From NCBI GenBank assembly GCA_963786955.1, contig CAWBAT010000006.1, positions 832,001-896,000 of the forward strand: a DNA stretch of 64,000 bases. Reading direction: 5' to 3'. Position numbers and translations under genes: made by a program. Positions within the stretch are counted from its first letter, which is position 1, and each line of letters opens with the position of its first letter. Source of the DNA: an uncultured Acidimicrobiia bacterium. Its GTDB lineage: Bacteria; Acidobacteriota; Terriglobia; Versatilivoradales; Versatilivoraceae. Under the pieces are notes generated by a model. That model was not told the DNA's origin, ran no database searches, and worked only from the letters and a program-made list of their open reading frames with translations. Below, one piece after another: positions 9,741 to 18,814 of this stretch.

Positions 9741-10690
9741 TTGCTGCGCACCCCCTCTTCGTTGGTCGTCAATTGGAGAAATACCTCTTCGAGACTCATG
9801 CTCGAAGTCTTCAATTCCAGCAAGTCGTAACCACTCTCTACGATCTTCCTGGCTATTTGACTGCGCAAGTCTCGTTTGAGTTCCGTATCAATCGAAAACT
9901 CACAATGCCCGTCCCCATCCTGCTTGACGGATTCGATTCGCAAGACTCCTTGGATTTCCTGAATCTTTCCCTTGATGGCAGCTTCCGGTCCTCTCGCGAT
10001 CAGCAGAATGCGATCCGATCCTTGTAGCTGTCGGGTTAGGTTCTCCGGCGTATCCACGGCAGCAATCCGGCCCTTATTGATGATGACGACGCGCTGACAG
10101 GTGATTCCCACCTCCGGAAGGATATGCGTGGAGAGGATCACGGTATGGTTTCCAGCCAGGCTCTTGATCAGGTTGCGCACATCGGTAATTTGATTAGGAT
10201 CCAAACCGACCGTGGGTTCGTCAAGGATGAGTACTTCCGGATCATGTACCAGCGCTTGGGCTAAACCGACGCGCTGCCGGTATCCCTTGGAGAGGTGTTT
10301 GATGACCGTTCCACTGTACTCCTGAATGCTGACACGATCTTTGACTTCTGCAATCCGTTTGCTTCGGATCGTCGAATCGACTCCCTTGATTTTGGCAACA
10401 AATTCCAAATAGGAGTCCACTGTCAATTCATCGTAAAGGGGAGGATTCTCGGGGAGGTAACCAATGCGTCGCTTCACTTCCATGGGTTGGGTGAAGACAT
10501 CAAATCCGCCAACCCGGGCGGTCCCTTCAGTAGCCGGGAGAAAACAGGTCAGAATCCGCATGGTCGTGGTTTTCCCCGCCCCATTAGGGCCAAGGAAACC
10601 CAGGATCTCCCCCTTCTCCACCCGAAAAGATACATTATCAATTGCCTTGACACTTCCGTATCTCTTGGTTAACTGATCAACTTCTATCAC
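9737..10690 (-). CDS. ABC transporter ATP-binding protein, GldA-like
   Basis: GPNGAGKTT, LSKGYRQRVG, LILDEPTVGLDP. Confidence 0.9.
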   Translation of the reverse strand: MIEVDQLTKRYGSVKAIDNVSFRVEKGEILGFLGPNGAGKTTTMRILTCFLPATEGTARVGGFDVFTQPMEVKRRIGYLPENPPLYDELTVDSYLEFVAKIKGVDSTIRSKRIAEVKDRVSIQEYSGTVIKHLSKGYRQRVGLAQALVHDPEVLILDEPTVGLDPNQITDVRNLIKSLAGNHTVILSTHILPEVGITCQRVVIINKGRIAAVDTPENLTRQLQGSDRILLIARGPEAAIKGKIQEIQGVLRIESVKQDGDGHCEFSIDTELKRDLRSQIARKIVESGYDLLELKTSSMSLEEVFLQLTTNEEGVRSK

Positions 10691-10810
10691 ACAACCTCCT
10701 TGTCTCCCGCGGAGAGTGATGCTGGGTTCGGTCCCAGATCACTTTGAATTTCTAATTAAATGTGAAGATCGGGAAAGACTAGATTCCCGAGGCATAATGA
10801 CAAATTTGTT

Positions 10811-10838
10811 ATTATACTCAGAATCATTAGCTTGTAAA
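10811..10838 (-). promoter_or_regulatory. Putative sigma-70 promoter of the Gld-like ABC operon
   Basis: Minus strand TTTACA-N16-TATAAT, about 120 bp upstream of the start. Confidence 0.5.
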
Positions 10839-11100
10839 GGTTTAGCGGACTTCTGGGGATAGACAAACTAGCGAGCTTTGGCTACAAGCAGGGGATGAAA
10901 GTCAATGGAGGGAAACAGAAAGCGGCCAATGACGGGAAGGGGAATTCCCACAGTCGATTCTTGATCCGTGATTTTGAAATGAATGAGAGGAAAGCCGACG
11001 CAGGCGATTACGCCGACATCAGGATTGATTTGCTGCTTTGAAAAAGGAGATCCTGCAATTTAGGTGTCAGGATCCTTTTCCTCCTGACTCGATCTCCCAA

Positions 11101-11796
11101 TCAACCCTTAACGTCGATTGTTTCGTTGGCCGTGGGGAAGAAACTGAGCGAGAAAATGAGCTTACCGCTCGTTGGACGCCCGAATGAGGTGGCCGGGTCA
11201 ACCCTCGCCTCAAAGAAAAGAAACTGATCCAGACTCCTCCTTGTCTCCGGATCTTTTGGGCCTTTAAGGATCCGGTAATCCAGCACTCGCCCTTCATTAC
11301 TGATTCTGCTTTCGATAATGATCGGTTCCACCAACGACTGAAAATTTTCCAATTGGACAAACTGTGACATGTAAACCAGTCGAGGGCGCGGATCCGTCAT
11401 GATTCCTAGAGGGACATCCTTGATACTGGCATCCAAATTGACTCCTGTAAAAAAGATGCTGAGGAGAAGAACGAAAGAAAAGACCGTCAATACAACTCCG
11501 CTGAGCGCGGGTATCGCAATGGGATAAAGAACGTCCCGAAGCCTTTGCATTGCCTTTTCCCAGCGCAATTCATGCCCTTGTTTGGAAGCGAGAATCTTAA
11601 GGCGCAACTCGAAATCCCTGGGGGGCCTTGACGGCTTGAGCGTGCGCAACAGGTTTCTGAGCGCTCTTAATTCCTGCATCTGACGGGAGCAGGCCTGACA
11701 CGCTTGCAAATGTTCTTCAACGGCTTGCTCCTCCTTCCAGGCGAGGGAACCATCCATCCAATCATCAAACTGATGAATCACTTTCTTACACTGCAT
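11101..11796 (-). CDS. Anti-sigma factor: zf-HC2 (ZAS) domain, TM helix, TonB C-terminal-like periplasmic domain
   Basis: EHLQACQAC (HxxxCxxC), one TM helix, C-terminal GRVLDYRILKG...PATSFGRP; GGGAGGA RBS before ATG 11796. Confidence 0.82.
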   Translation of the reverse strand: MQCKKVIHQFDDWMDGSLAWKEEQAVEEHLQACQACSRQMQELRALRNLLRTLKPSRPPRDFELRLKILASKQGHELRWEKAMQRLRDVLYPIAIPALSGVVLTVFSFVLLLSIFFTGVNLDASIKDVPLGIMTDPRPRLVYMSQFVQLENFQSLVEPIIIESRISNEGRVLDYRILKGPKDPETRRSLDQFLFFEARVDPATSFGRPTSGKLIFSLSFFPTANETIDVKG

Positions 11797-11830
11797 GAGG
11801 TCCTCCCATCCATGGCTGCCGAGTGCAGGT

Positions 11831-12472
11831 TCAAAGAACCTCTTTGTATCCAAACGATCTCTCTAAATCATGTTGAAAGGTTTTCTTGAGTTCCAATCGG
11901 CCTCGCCACAGCCTGGATTTCACCGTCCCAAGAGAAATTCTCAATGTCTCCGCAATCTCGTCATAAGAAAACCCCTCGATGTCCCGCAAGATCACGACAA
12001 GCCTATATTCCATCGGAATCCCCTTGAGGGCAAGCTGGACCGCGTTTTCGATTTCCTTTCGATGGAGAGCCAGTTCGGGCGACTGTGTCAAATCCTCTAC
12101 CTCTCGGGGTCGATACGATTCATATTTTTCACCTTCCAACGGCTCGTCTAAAGAAACCGGCACCTGCCTCTTCCACCGTTTCCACCATCGGAGTCGATTC
12201 AGACTCTCCGAAATAGTGATCTTATAAACCCAGGTCTTCAGCCCGCATTCTCCTCGAAAGCTTCCGATCCCTTTGAATATTTTCAGGAAGGTCTCTTGGG
12301 CCGCATCGGCGGCTTCGGCGTGGTTACCCAAAATTCGATACGCAAGCCCATAGACCGGCTCCTGATAGAGGCTGATCAAGACTTCATAAGCCTCTTCAGA
12401 ACCCACCTGTAACTGGCCTACGAGGGCCAGTTCGTTGTTCACGCATTCAAGCCCCAGCTCGAAGTTGCTCAA
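11831..12472 (-). CDS. ECF-family RNA polymerase sigma factor (RpoE/SigW-like)
   Basis: AADAAQETFLK, TWVYKI, LRDIEGFSYDEIAETLRISLGTVKSRLWRGR. Confidence 0.92.
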   Translation of the reverse strand: MSNFELGLECVNNELALVGQLQVGSEEAYEVLISLYQEPVYGLAYRILGNHAEAADAAQETFLKIFKGIGSFRGECGLKTWVYKITISESLNRLRWWKRWKRQVPVSLDEPLEGEKYESYRPREVEDLTQSPELALHRKEIENAVQLALKGIPMEYRLVVILRDIEGFSYDEIAETLRISLGTVKSRLWRGRLELKKTFQHDLERSFGYKEVL

Positions 12473-12545
12473 GGCAATGATCCTTCTGATTCAGAACTTA
12501 GTCTTATTCTACCTCATTTTCTTCAAGCCTAGGAACCCTAACTCA

Positions 12546-12574
12546 TTGGACACTACTTTTTGTCAAAAAGTTCC
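12546..12574 (-). promoter_or_regulatory. Putative autoregulatory ECF promoter with an overlapping palindrome
   Basis: Minus strand GGAACTT-N16-GTCCAA (sigmaE-type); ACTTTTTG-T-CAAAAAGT palindrome at 12555-12571. Confidence 0.6.
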
Positions 12575-12634
12575 CAAAGGCAAATCAAACACTCAAAAAA
12601 AGGAGTTTGAGTTAGAATCCTCTGAAGATCTCCT

Positions 12635-13366
12635 ATGAATAAGACGACCTCTTTTGTCATTTTTGCAAAAACGCCAAACCTGGGAGCTGTAAAAACCAGG
12701 ATGCAACCCCGGCTGACGAAAACCGAGTGCCTGCAACTTCACGTTTCCCTCCTTAGGCACACGATCTCCCAGTTAAAAACCTTCCGGTACCCTTTTTTGG
12801 AGAGAGCCGTTTTCCTTACATCGCCCAAGAAAAGTTTCATTGAAGAAGTGACAAAATGGGCTGGGGGAGCCCGCTTTTCGATCCATTGTCAGAATGGTCA
12901 TGATTTAGGGGAAAGGCTTGCTGATGCCGTCGAACTGAAGTTCAGGCAAGGCTTCCGCAAGGTTATGATTATCGGGACTGACTCCCCTCTGATTGGCCCA
13001 AGAGAGTTTCATTTGGCACTCGAGGCCTTAGACAACCATGAAGTCGTTCTCGGGCCTGCTGAAGATGGAGGATACTACCTCATCGGGTTTTCGGTCCCTA
13101 AGACGTTCCTTTTCCGCGGGATCCAATGGGGAACCGTGAAAGTGTTTCAAGAAACCATTGCGCTCTTGAAAGCACATTGTGTTTCGTGGTGGGAATTACC
13201 CGCGAGCCTCGATCTAGACACATTTCAGGACTTAAGGAATTTCCATGCGCGAGTTGACAGCGATCAGGCAAAAAGAAGGGGCAGGAGCTTTCGGGAGTTG
13301 CATCACCTGATCGGGCAGTTGATCGGAAAATCAATAGATCCAGCCAGAGCGGATTTAGATCTCTAA
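12635..13366 (+). CDS. DUF2064/TIGR04282 family glycosyltransferase-like protein
   Basis: FAKTP..GAVKTR, Q.G.DLGERL, IIGTDSP, VLGPAEDGGYYLIG, DLDT. Confidence 0.88.
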   Translation: MNKTTSFVIFAKTPNLGAVKTRMQPRLTKTECLQLHVSLLRHTISQLKTFRYPFLERAVFLTSPKKSFIEEVTKWAGGARFSIHCQNGHDLGERLADAVELKFRQGFRKVMIIGTDSPLIGPREFHLALEALDNHEVVLGPAEDGGYYLIGFSVPKTFLFRGIQWGTVKVFQETIALLKAHCVSWWELPASLDLDTFQDLRNFHARVDSDQAKRRGRSFRELHHLIGQLIGKSIDPARADLDL

Positions 13367-13442
13367 AGTGCGAACCCGGTGAGGCATGGTATACTAAGTT
13401 GTAGAGCATAACCGCATTCCGCAGCCAGGGAGTCAAGGCTTT

Positions 13443-15413
13443 ATGGCATTCGGAAAAAGAGGCTTCATCTTCCTCCTCTTTGTTGGAGGAGCGATCCCTG
13501 TTCAGCTTCGTGGTGCCGAGTTGGTGGGATCTGTAAGGGAAGCAGATACGGGCGAAACGGTCGTTGGCGCCAGCGTCCGTGCCATCCCTGTTTCCAAGAA
13601 TGTTCCCGAAGTTCTCAGCAGAACAAATAGTAATGGACGATACCACTTGGAACTCCTCAAAGGGAAGTATCGTCTGTTTCTGAGTTTTCCGGGTTCCGAC
13701 TACCTCCCCCAGTTTTATTCCACCCATGATCAGCCGCAGGGAGAAACAATCGATGTTCCAACTTTTGATTCCTTCCAGATCATTAACCTAACACTGAATT
13801 CTGGCGGCTCCATCGCGGGCAAAGTGGTCCGTTTCAGTGATAATACGGCGCTTCCCAACATTCGTATCACGGCCTCTTCTCAAGAGTTCCGGACCTCGGT
13901 CACCACTCGGAGTGATGGGTCTTATTTATTTAGAGCTTTACCTCCGGGAAACTACCGCGTCCAGGCATTGCCACTGAACGAGAATTTCATCCCCATCTAT
14001 TATGGAGACGTTCGAGACGTCGAGAAATCCGCGATTGTGCCATTAGGGCGAAAACAGGCCCAGCTCCATATTGATTTCCGTCTGCGCAATGGTGGAATGG
14101 TTAGTGGAAGAGTCTATGCGAATAAGAATCACGAGCCAGTCGCAGGGGTCAAAGTCATCGCCGAGAATTTGTCGGTCGAAGAACGGCCTCCCTTTGCGGT
14201 CACTGATTCACAAGGGTTTTACAGCCTCCGCGGGCTATCTCCGGGGGAATATATCCTGGAGACGCAGGCTCCGAGTGAAACGGGGGATTCGGTAAAGCCA
14301 ACCCGATCGTACTTAATGCAATACCATTCGGGTCATTATTATCGTGAGCTGGCAGACAAGTTAGAAATTGTGCCTGGCAGTGTTTTAACAGGGGTTAGTT
14401 TCGCACTTGTGGAAGGGGGAAGCTTCACCGGTAAAGTCCGTTCTCGCTATCACAATTCGCCCTTGGGTGGTGTGTCAGTCATCCCCCAGGAGATCTCCAA
14501 GGAACCCCAGCTCGCACCGACGACCAAAACCAATTCATCAGGTGAGTACAAGGTAGCTGACCTGCCCCCAGGACATTATGTGGTCGGTCTATCCCTGCCA
14601 ATGTCGGCCCGACGACTAGTAAATCATTACTTCAAAGACAAGTTGAGCGTGCAAGTTGCCGACGAAGTTTCGCTTGAAGAGGGTGCCAATGTTCAACGGA
14701 TTGATTTCAATCTTCCTCTTGGTGCCACCTTGCAAGGAAAGATGACGATCGCGGGGAATGATTACCCGATCAAGTCTGTCAATAAGGCACTCCGCTTTGA
14801 CAGAACCAGTGCGGATTTAGAAGGATTCGGACGAAGGGAGTTTAAACTCGAACCGGACGGGAAATTCGTCATCGAAGGAGCGCCAGTCGGCCGTTACGCC
14901 GTTAGGCCTCTTACCGATGACCCGAACATTGTCCCTCAGCCCGATAGCGTTGAGAAAACTCTGGATGTCGCAGAGGGCGATCTCTTAGAGAACCTGGAAT
15001 TCAATATGAAGATCGCCGGCTCAATCGGCGGTTCCATCACATTCGAAGGCAAAATGCCTGAGTTTGAAAAGTACGAGTTACTGGTCGTCAATATAAAAGA
15101 TAATTCACGTAAGTACTTTGAACTCAGTTCTCAACAATTCCTTCTGACTGGATTGGATCAAGGGGCATACCTTTTGCTCCTTCTTTCCAAGTCCGAAAAG
15201 ATGTCTTCCTCAGAGGAGCTCTCCATGCCGGTTTTATATGACACCCATCTAGTTGAAGTCCAGCGCGGCAAAACGAGTCCCCAATGTCAGTCTTCATCTC
15301 TACCAAGAGATGTCCCTGCCCACGAAAATGTATCAATAGGACCAACAGAATCATCCAATTCAGTCATGGACTGTCTGAATCGACCCTTTTTCTCAAAAAG
15401 AATATCGGTTTGA
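13443..15413 (+). CDS. Secreted protein of tandem carboxypeptidase-regulatory-like (prealbumin-fold) domains; C-terminus probably frameshifted, true end about 15339
   Basis: Signal peptide; repeated G.i.G.V...T...G.Y....L.PG.Y units. Removing one A from the run at 15270-15273 gives KRVPNVSLHL..., which fits the repeat-end pattern. Confidence 0.78.
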   Translation: MAFGKRGFIFLLFVGGAIPVQLRGAELVGSVREADTGETVVGASVRAIPVSKNVPEVLSRTNSNGRYHLELLKGKYRLFLSFPGSDYLPQFYSTHDQPQGETIDVPTFDSFQIINLTLNSGGSIAGKVVRFSDNTALPNIRITASSQEFRTSVTTRSDGSYLFRALPPGNYRVQALPLNENFIPIYYGDVRDVEKSAIVPLGRKQAQLHIDFRLRNGGMVSGRVYANKNHEPVAGVKVIAENLSVEERPPFAVTDSQGFYSLRGLSPGEYILETQAPSETGDSVKPTRSYLMQYHSGHYYRELADKLEIVPGSVLTGVSFALVEGGSFTGKVRSRYHNSPLGGVSVIPQEISKEPQLAPTTKTNSSGEYKVADLPPGHYVVGLSLPMSARRLVNHYFKDKLSVQVADEVSLEEGANVQRIDFNLPLGATLQGKMTIAGNDYPIKSVNKALRFDRTSADLEGFGRREFKLEPDGKFVIEGAPVGRYAVRPLTDDPNIVPQPDSVEKTLDVAEGDLLENLEFNMKIAGSIGGSITFEGKMPEFEKYELLVVNIKDNSRKYFELSSQQFLLTGLDQGAYLLLLLSKSEKMSSSEELSMPVLYDTHLVEVQRGKTSPQCQSSSLPRDVPAHENVSIGPTESSNSVMDCLNRPFFSKRISV

Positions 15414-15590
15414 TTTCGCCGCAAGAACTTTTTGTTTTTCTGGACTTATCGGACCGATCTTTTCGACGACCTGGGCATTCTTGATTTGACAGAGCTTGCA
15501 AACTTCATAGTCAGAGAAGCCCCAAGCGTCGCTTGGGCACCAGCAAAACCCTTTGCCCTTGAGATAAATCACGCATTTTTCGTCAATCAC
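15393..15590 (-). CDS. Small Cys-rich hypothetical protein (65 aa)
   Basis: GTG start with AAGGGA upstream; Cys pattern C-x9-CWC-x12-CKLC; fits without overlap if the convergent gene ends at 15339. Confidence 0.5.
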   Translation of the reverse strand: MIDEKCVIYLKGKGFCWCPSDAWGFSDYEVCKLCQIKNAQVVEKIGPISPEKQKVLAAKSNRYSF

Positions 15591-15901
15591 TGAAGAATTG
15601 TCCCTTATTATTATTCCTGAGTAGCGGGGAGGTTAAGGAGATGAAGCTCCAATCTATGTAGAAACATGGTTATGCAATTGGGTGACCTAACGTGAAAAAC
15701 ATTTTCCGCTTGCCTGTAATCCCCCACCCCATGCGGTTGGCAGGATTCCAAAGAGTGCACGAGACCGATGGACACCAAGGGGACAGCAAGTAATTTTTTC
15801 CCCTTCGACCTGGTAGCAATGTAAAAGTTTTACGCCGCCGAAAGGGCATTCTCGGAACGTGAATTCAAGGAAAATTGAAAGCAGGAGAAAATTTGGGAGG
15901 G

Positions 15902-16552
15902 CTAGTGCGAGTTGTAAATCTCCAGTACTTTAGAAACGTACTGGGAAGTGGTTGGATCTTCGGCACCAACGTAGGCAAAGAGAGCTGATTCCAAATCTTT
16001 GGAATGCCCGATGTAGTTTGCGAGAATAGTCGTTCCAATATCAATATTCACTTCCGGATCAAATGGGTTCTTTTCAGTAAAGTCTATTCGCGAAGACCAT
16101 GTAGGCACATGAATCTGCATGAGTCCCACCGATTTAGAAGCAGAAATTGCGGTCGGATTACAACGAGATTCCACGACCATTACCGCGGCCACTAATCGCG
16201 GATCGAGTTTTTTACTCATCGCGTTTCTTACGATGCAGGTGGTCAGTTTGGGGAGTTCTTCGTCAGGGACATCGGCATGACGTTTCAGTAGGTTCTTGAC
16301 CTTTCTCTCCTGCTGATACTGCTCTTCACTAATGTAATCCGCCAGGCCCACCTTCCGCGCAGACATGATGGAAATGGTAGAGGGATATATCGAGATCAAT
16401 GCAAGTACAGCCAACAAGATGAGAAACTTGTTTACCGCGGTATGCCGGATTAAATGAAAGAGGAAAGAACTGTTTAATCCCACGAACATGCTGCGGTGGC
16501 ATTTTCCGCAAAACACGATTCGGCGATAGATCAAATTATGCAGAGCACTCAT
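15902..16552 (-). CDS. Lytic transglycosylase (SLT domain), membrane-anchored; start uncertain
   Basis: LVAAVMVVES (catalytic Glu), GLMQI, FDPEVNIDIGT, ALFAY, YVSKVL. Confidence 0.88.
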   Translation of the reverse strand: MSALHNLIYRRIVFCGKCHRSMFVGLNSSFLFHLIRHTAVNKFLILLAVLALISIYPSTISIMSARKVGLADYISEEQYQQERKVKNLLKRHADVPDEELPKLTTCIVRNAMSKKLDPRLVAAVMVVESRCNPTAISASKSVGLMQIHVPTWSSRIDFTEKNPFDPEVNIDIGTTILANYIGHSKDLESALFAYVGAEDPTTSQYVSKVLEIYNSH

Positions 16553-16573
16553 GTGGAGCGAAGCCCCTCAATA

Positions 16574-16704
16574 GCTGCCATTTCTAGGATTCGGCGCAAC
16601 CCGCTAAATACTTTAAAGAGTTAGCCTGACGGCTATGGAACCTAACATCAGGATGCAGGAACTACCTAAAGAACAACCCATACCCACGAAGAATGTGTGG
16701 CAGC
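16574..16704 (-). ncRNA. Candidate structured leader RNA upstream of the SLT gene
   Basis: Closing helix GCTGCCA/TGGCAGC, internal hairpin TAGCC-GTCA-GGCTA, TATGGG/TTCCATA pairing; partial resemblance to c-di-AMP riboswitch motifs. Confidence 0.35.
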
Positions 16705-17071
16705 GAAAGTGAACAAGGCATAGGATGCTTTGATTAACACCATTAAATCTATATTCATTTTTGCGAGAAATCAAGCGTAGAAATCATGAGCCGCAGGAAT
16801 AAAATCTTCTTGGTCCCCGATTTCAGACTGGGCAGAAAAGTGCAGCCTGCCAGGACCACCTTCCCCTTTGTTTAGGTTAACCGCATTATAAATCAATCAG
16901 TTAGAATTAGTTGCCCTCACTCGGGACGTTTCTTGCGGCTCAACTTCAGGCAAATTGAATCAACAGATTCTCAAAGAGTTAGAAGTTAAAAACCCATTTG
17001 AGGGTGTCCTGGTAAATGATCCCTCGAGCCTGCATCCCCCATGAAACTCTAGATCCGTTGAGCTAGAAGAA

Positions 17072-18304
17072 TCAGTCCTCCTGCGGAGACTGATTCTGCA
17101 CGACGACGACAACTCCATTCGGAGTAACGACATAGCGCTTCCGATCCTCTTCCATTTCAAAACCAATCATCGAGTTTTCGGGTAATACGACGCCGCGATC
17201 AATAATCGCATTGCGGATCCGTGAATAACGCCCGATGTTGACATGAGAAAGCAGAATACTGTGGTCGATTTCACAATAGCTGTTCACCCGCACGTCTGGC
17301 GAGAGGACTGAATTGACTACCCGTCCCCCGCTAATGATACAGCCGTTGGAAACAATAGAATCTACAGCAATCCCCATCCGCCGACCTTCTTGAGCAAAGA
17401 CGAATTTGGCAGGGGGATATTGACGCTGGTAGGTTCGGATGGGCCAATCCTTATCGTAAAGGTTGAACTGCGGGTCGATTGCAATTAAATCCATGTTTGC
17501 GTTGTAAAACGAGTCGATCGTGCCAACATCCATCCAATATTGGGACGCTTTCTTATTCTCATCAATGAAATGATACGCCATCACTTTGTACTCGCCAATC
17601 ATGCGAGGGAGAATATCTTTCCCGAAATCATGACTGGACAAGGGGTTCCGGGCGTCTTCCTCGAGGATGGCAGCCAGCAAGCTCTTGTTGAAAAGGTAGA
17701 TTCCCATCGAAACATTCACGAATTCAGAATTCTCTAGGCCGGGCTGCGGATGGGTTGGCTTCTCCTGGAAACCACAAATCCGCATGTTCTTGTCAATCTG
17801 CATGACCCCAAATCGATAGGCCTGATCGATCGGTATCTGGATCGTACTGACCGTTGCATCCGCCTTGGAGTCGATGTGGTGACGGAGCATTTTTGAATAG
17901 TTCATCTTGTAAATGTGATCTGCGGAGAGAATCAACGCATATTCGACTCCTGCGAGGGAATTGATTGAATATAAATTCTGTCTCACCGCATCCGCTGTCC
18001 CTAGATACCAGTCTTCTCCTACTCTTTTTTCCGGGGGGATAATTTCGATGAATTCGTCCAGTTCGTGGGCAAAGAAACTAAACCAGCCGTGACGAATGTG
18101 ATGGCTCAAGGAACGGGCTTTGTACTGGGTAAAAATAAAAATTTTACGCAAACCCGAGTTAATACAATTACTTAAAGTGACATCGATGATTCGATAAATG
18201 CCACCAAAAGGCACTGCAGGTTTGGCACGCTCCCGGGTTAGAGGGTAAAGACGCTCTCCCGCTCCACCAGCAAGAAGTATTCCGATTGTGTTTCGCATTT
18301 CCAT
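17072..18304 (-). CDS. glgC: Glucose-1-phosphate adenylyltransferase
   Basis: LLAGGAGERLYPLT.ERAKPAVPFGG.YRIID, WYLGTADAV, SHDFGKD, YWMDVGT, C-terminal beta-helix. Confidence 0.97.
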   Translation of the reverse strand: MEMRNTIGILLAGGAGERLYPLTRERAKPAVPFGGIYRIIDVTLSNCINSGLRKIFIFTQYKARSLSHHIRHGWFSFFAHELDEFIEIIPPEKRVGEDWYLGTADAVRQNLYSINSLAGVEYALILSADHIYKMNYSKMLRHHIDSKADATVSTIQIPIDQAYRFGVMQIDKNMRICGFQEKPTHPQPGLENSEFVNVSMGIYLFNKSLLAAILEEDARNPLSSHDFGKDILPRMIGEYKVMAYHFIDENKKASQYWMDVGTIDSFYNANMDLIAIDPQFNLYDKDWPIRTYQRQYPPAKFVFAQEGRRMGIAVDSIVSNGCIISGGRVVNSVLSPDVRVNSYCEIDHSILLSHVNIGRYSRIRNAIIDRGVVLPENSMIGFEMEEDRKRYVVTPNGVVVVVQNQSPQED

Positions 18305-18438
18305 CTGGACCCACCCGCTGACATCTACTACTCACCAGCTCTTTGGTGATATTCTGTCAAAGTATTTCTTCCAGCTCAAGGTGGAAGAACCGACATTACC
18401 AGCTTAATCGGAAAGCGTTGAATTCGAGTCATTAACAC

Positions 18439-18467
18439 TTGACAACGCTCATGAAATCCACTAACTT
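18439..18467 (+). promoter_or_regulatory. Putative sigma-70 promoter for rpsU
   Basis: TTGACA-N17-TAACTT about 50 bp upstream of the GGAGG RBS/GTG. Confidence 0.45.
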
Positions 18468-18518
18468 TTGCAGAATGTAATCATATAATAGTTTAATTAT
18501 GGGGGAGGTGTAACTTGA

Positions 18519-18716
18519 GTGGCTGAAGTAAGACTTCAGGAGGGTGAAACCCTTGAGAACGCACTTCGTCGCTTTAAGAGGAAGGTTCAGACGGAAGACA
18601 TTATCAAGGAAGTGAAGAAGCACTCTTTTTATTTGAAACCGGGAGAAAAGAAGAGAGTCAAGCAGGCGCTAGCCCGAAAAAGAAGCCGGAAGAAGATCCG
18701 GAAAGATTACGATTAA
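18519..18716 (+). CDS. rpsU: 30S ribosomal protein bS21
   Basis: LENALRRFKRKV, FYLKPGEKKR. Confidence 0.97.
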   Translation: MAEVRLQEGETLENALRRFKRKVQTEDIIKEVKKHSFYLKPGEKKRVKQALARKRSRKKIRKDYD

Positions 18717-18814
18717 ATCAGGGAAGTTGTGAGCGTTTACCAAACGGCATTCTGGAAGGTATAATCTGGACAAACAGACTTTACGCGCTGTGGTTCTAGG
18801 GATGGGAGCACCGA

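Noticed and set aside
6059-10690. Gliding motility locus
   Set aside because: No gldJKLMN or T9SS genes; GldAFG-like ABC systems are common in non-gliding taxa.
12635-13366. Arsenosugar biosynthesis cluster
   Set aside because: Only the DUF2064/TIGR04282 gene is present; no partner glycosyltransferase, radical SAM or methyltransferase gene is nearby.
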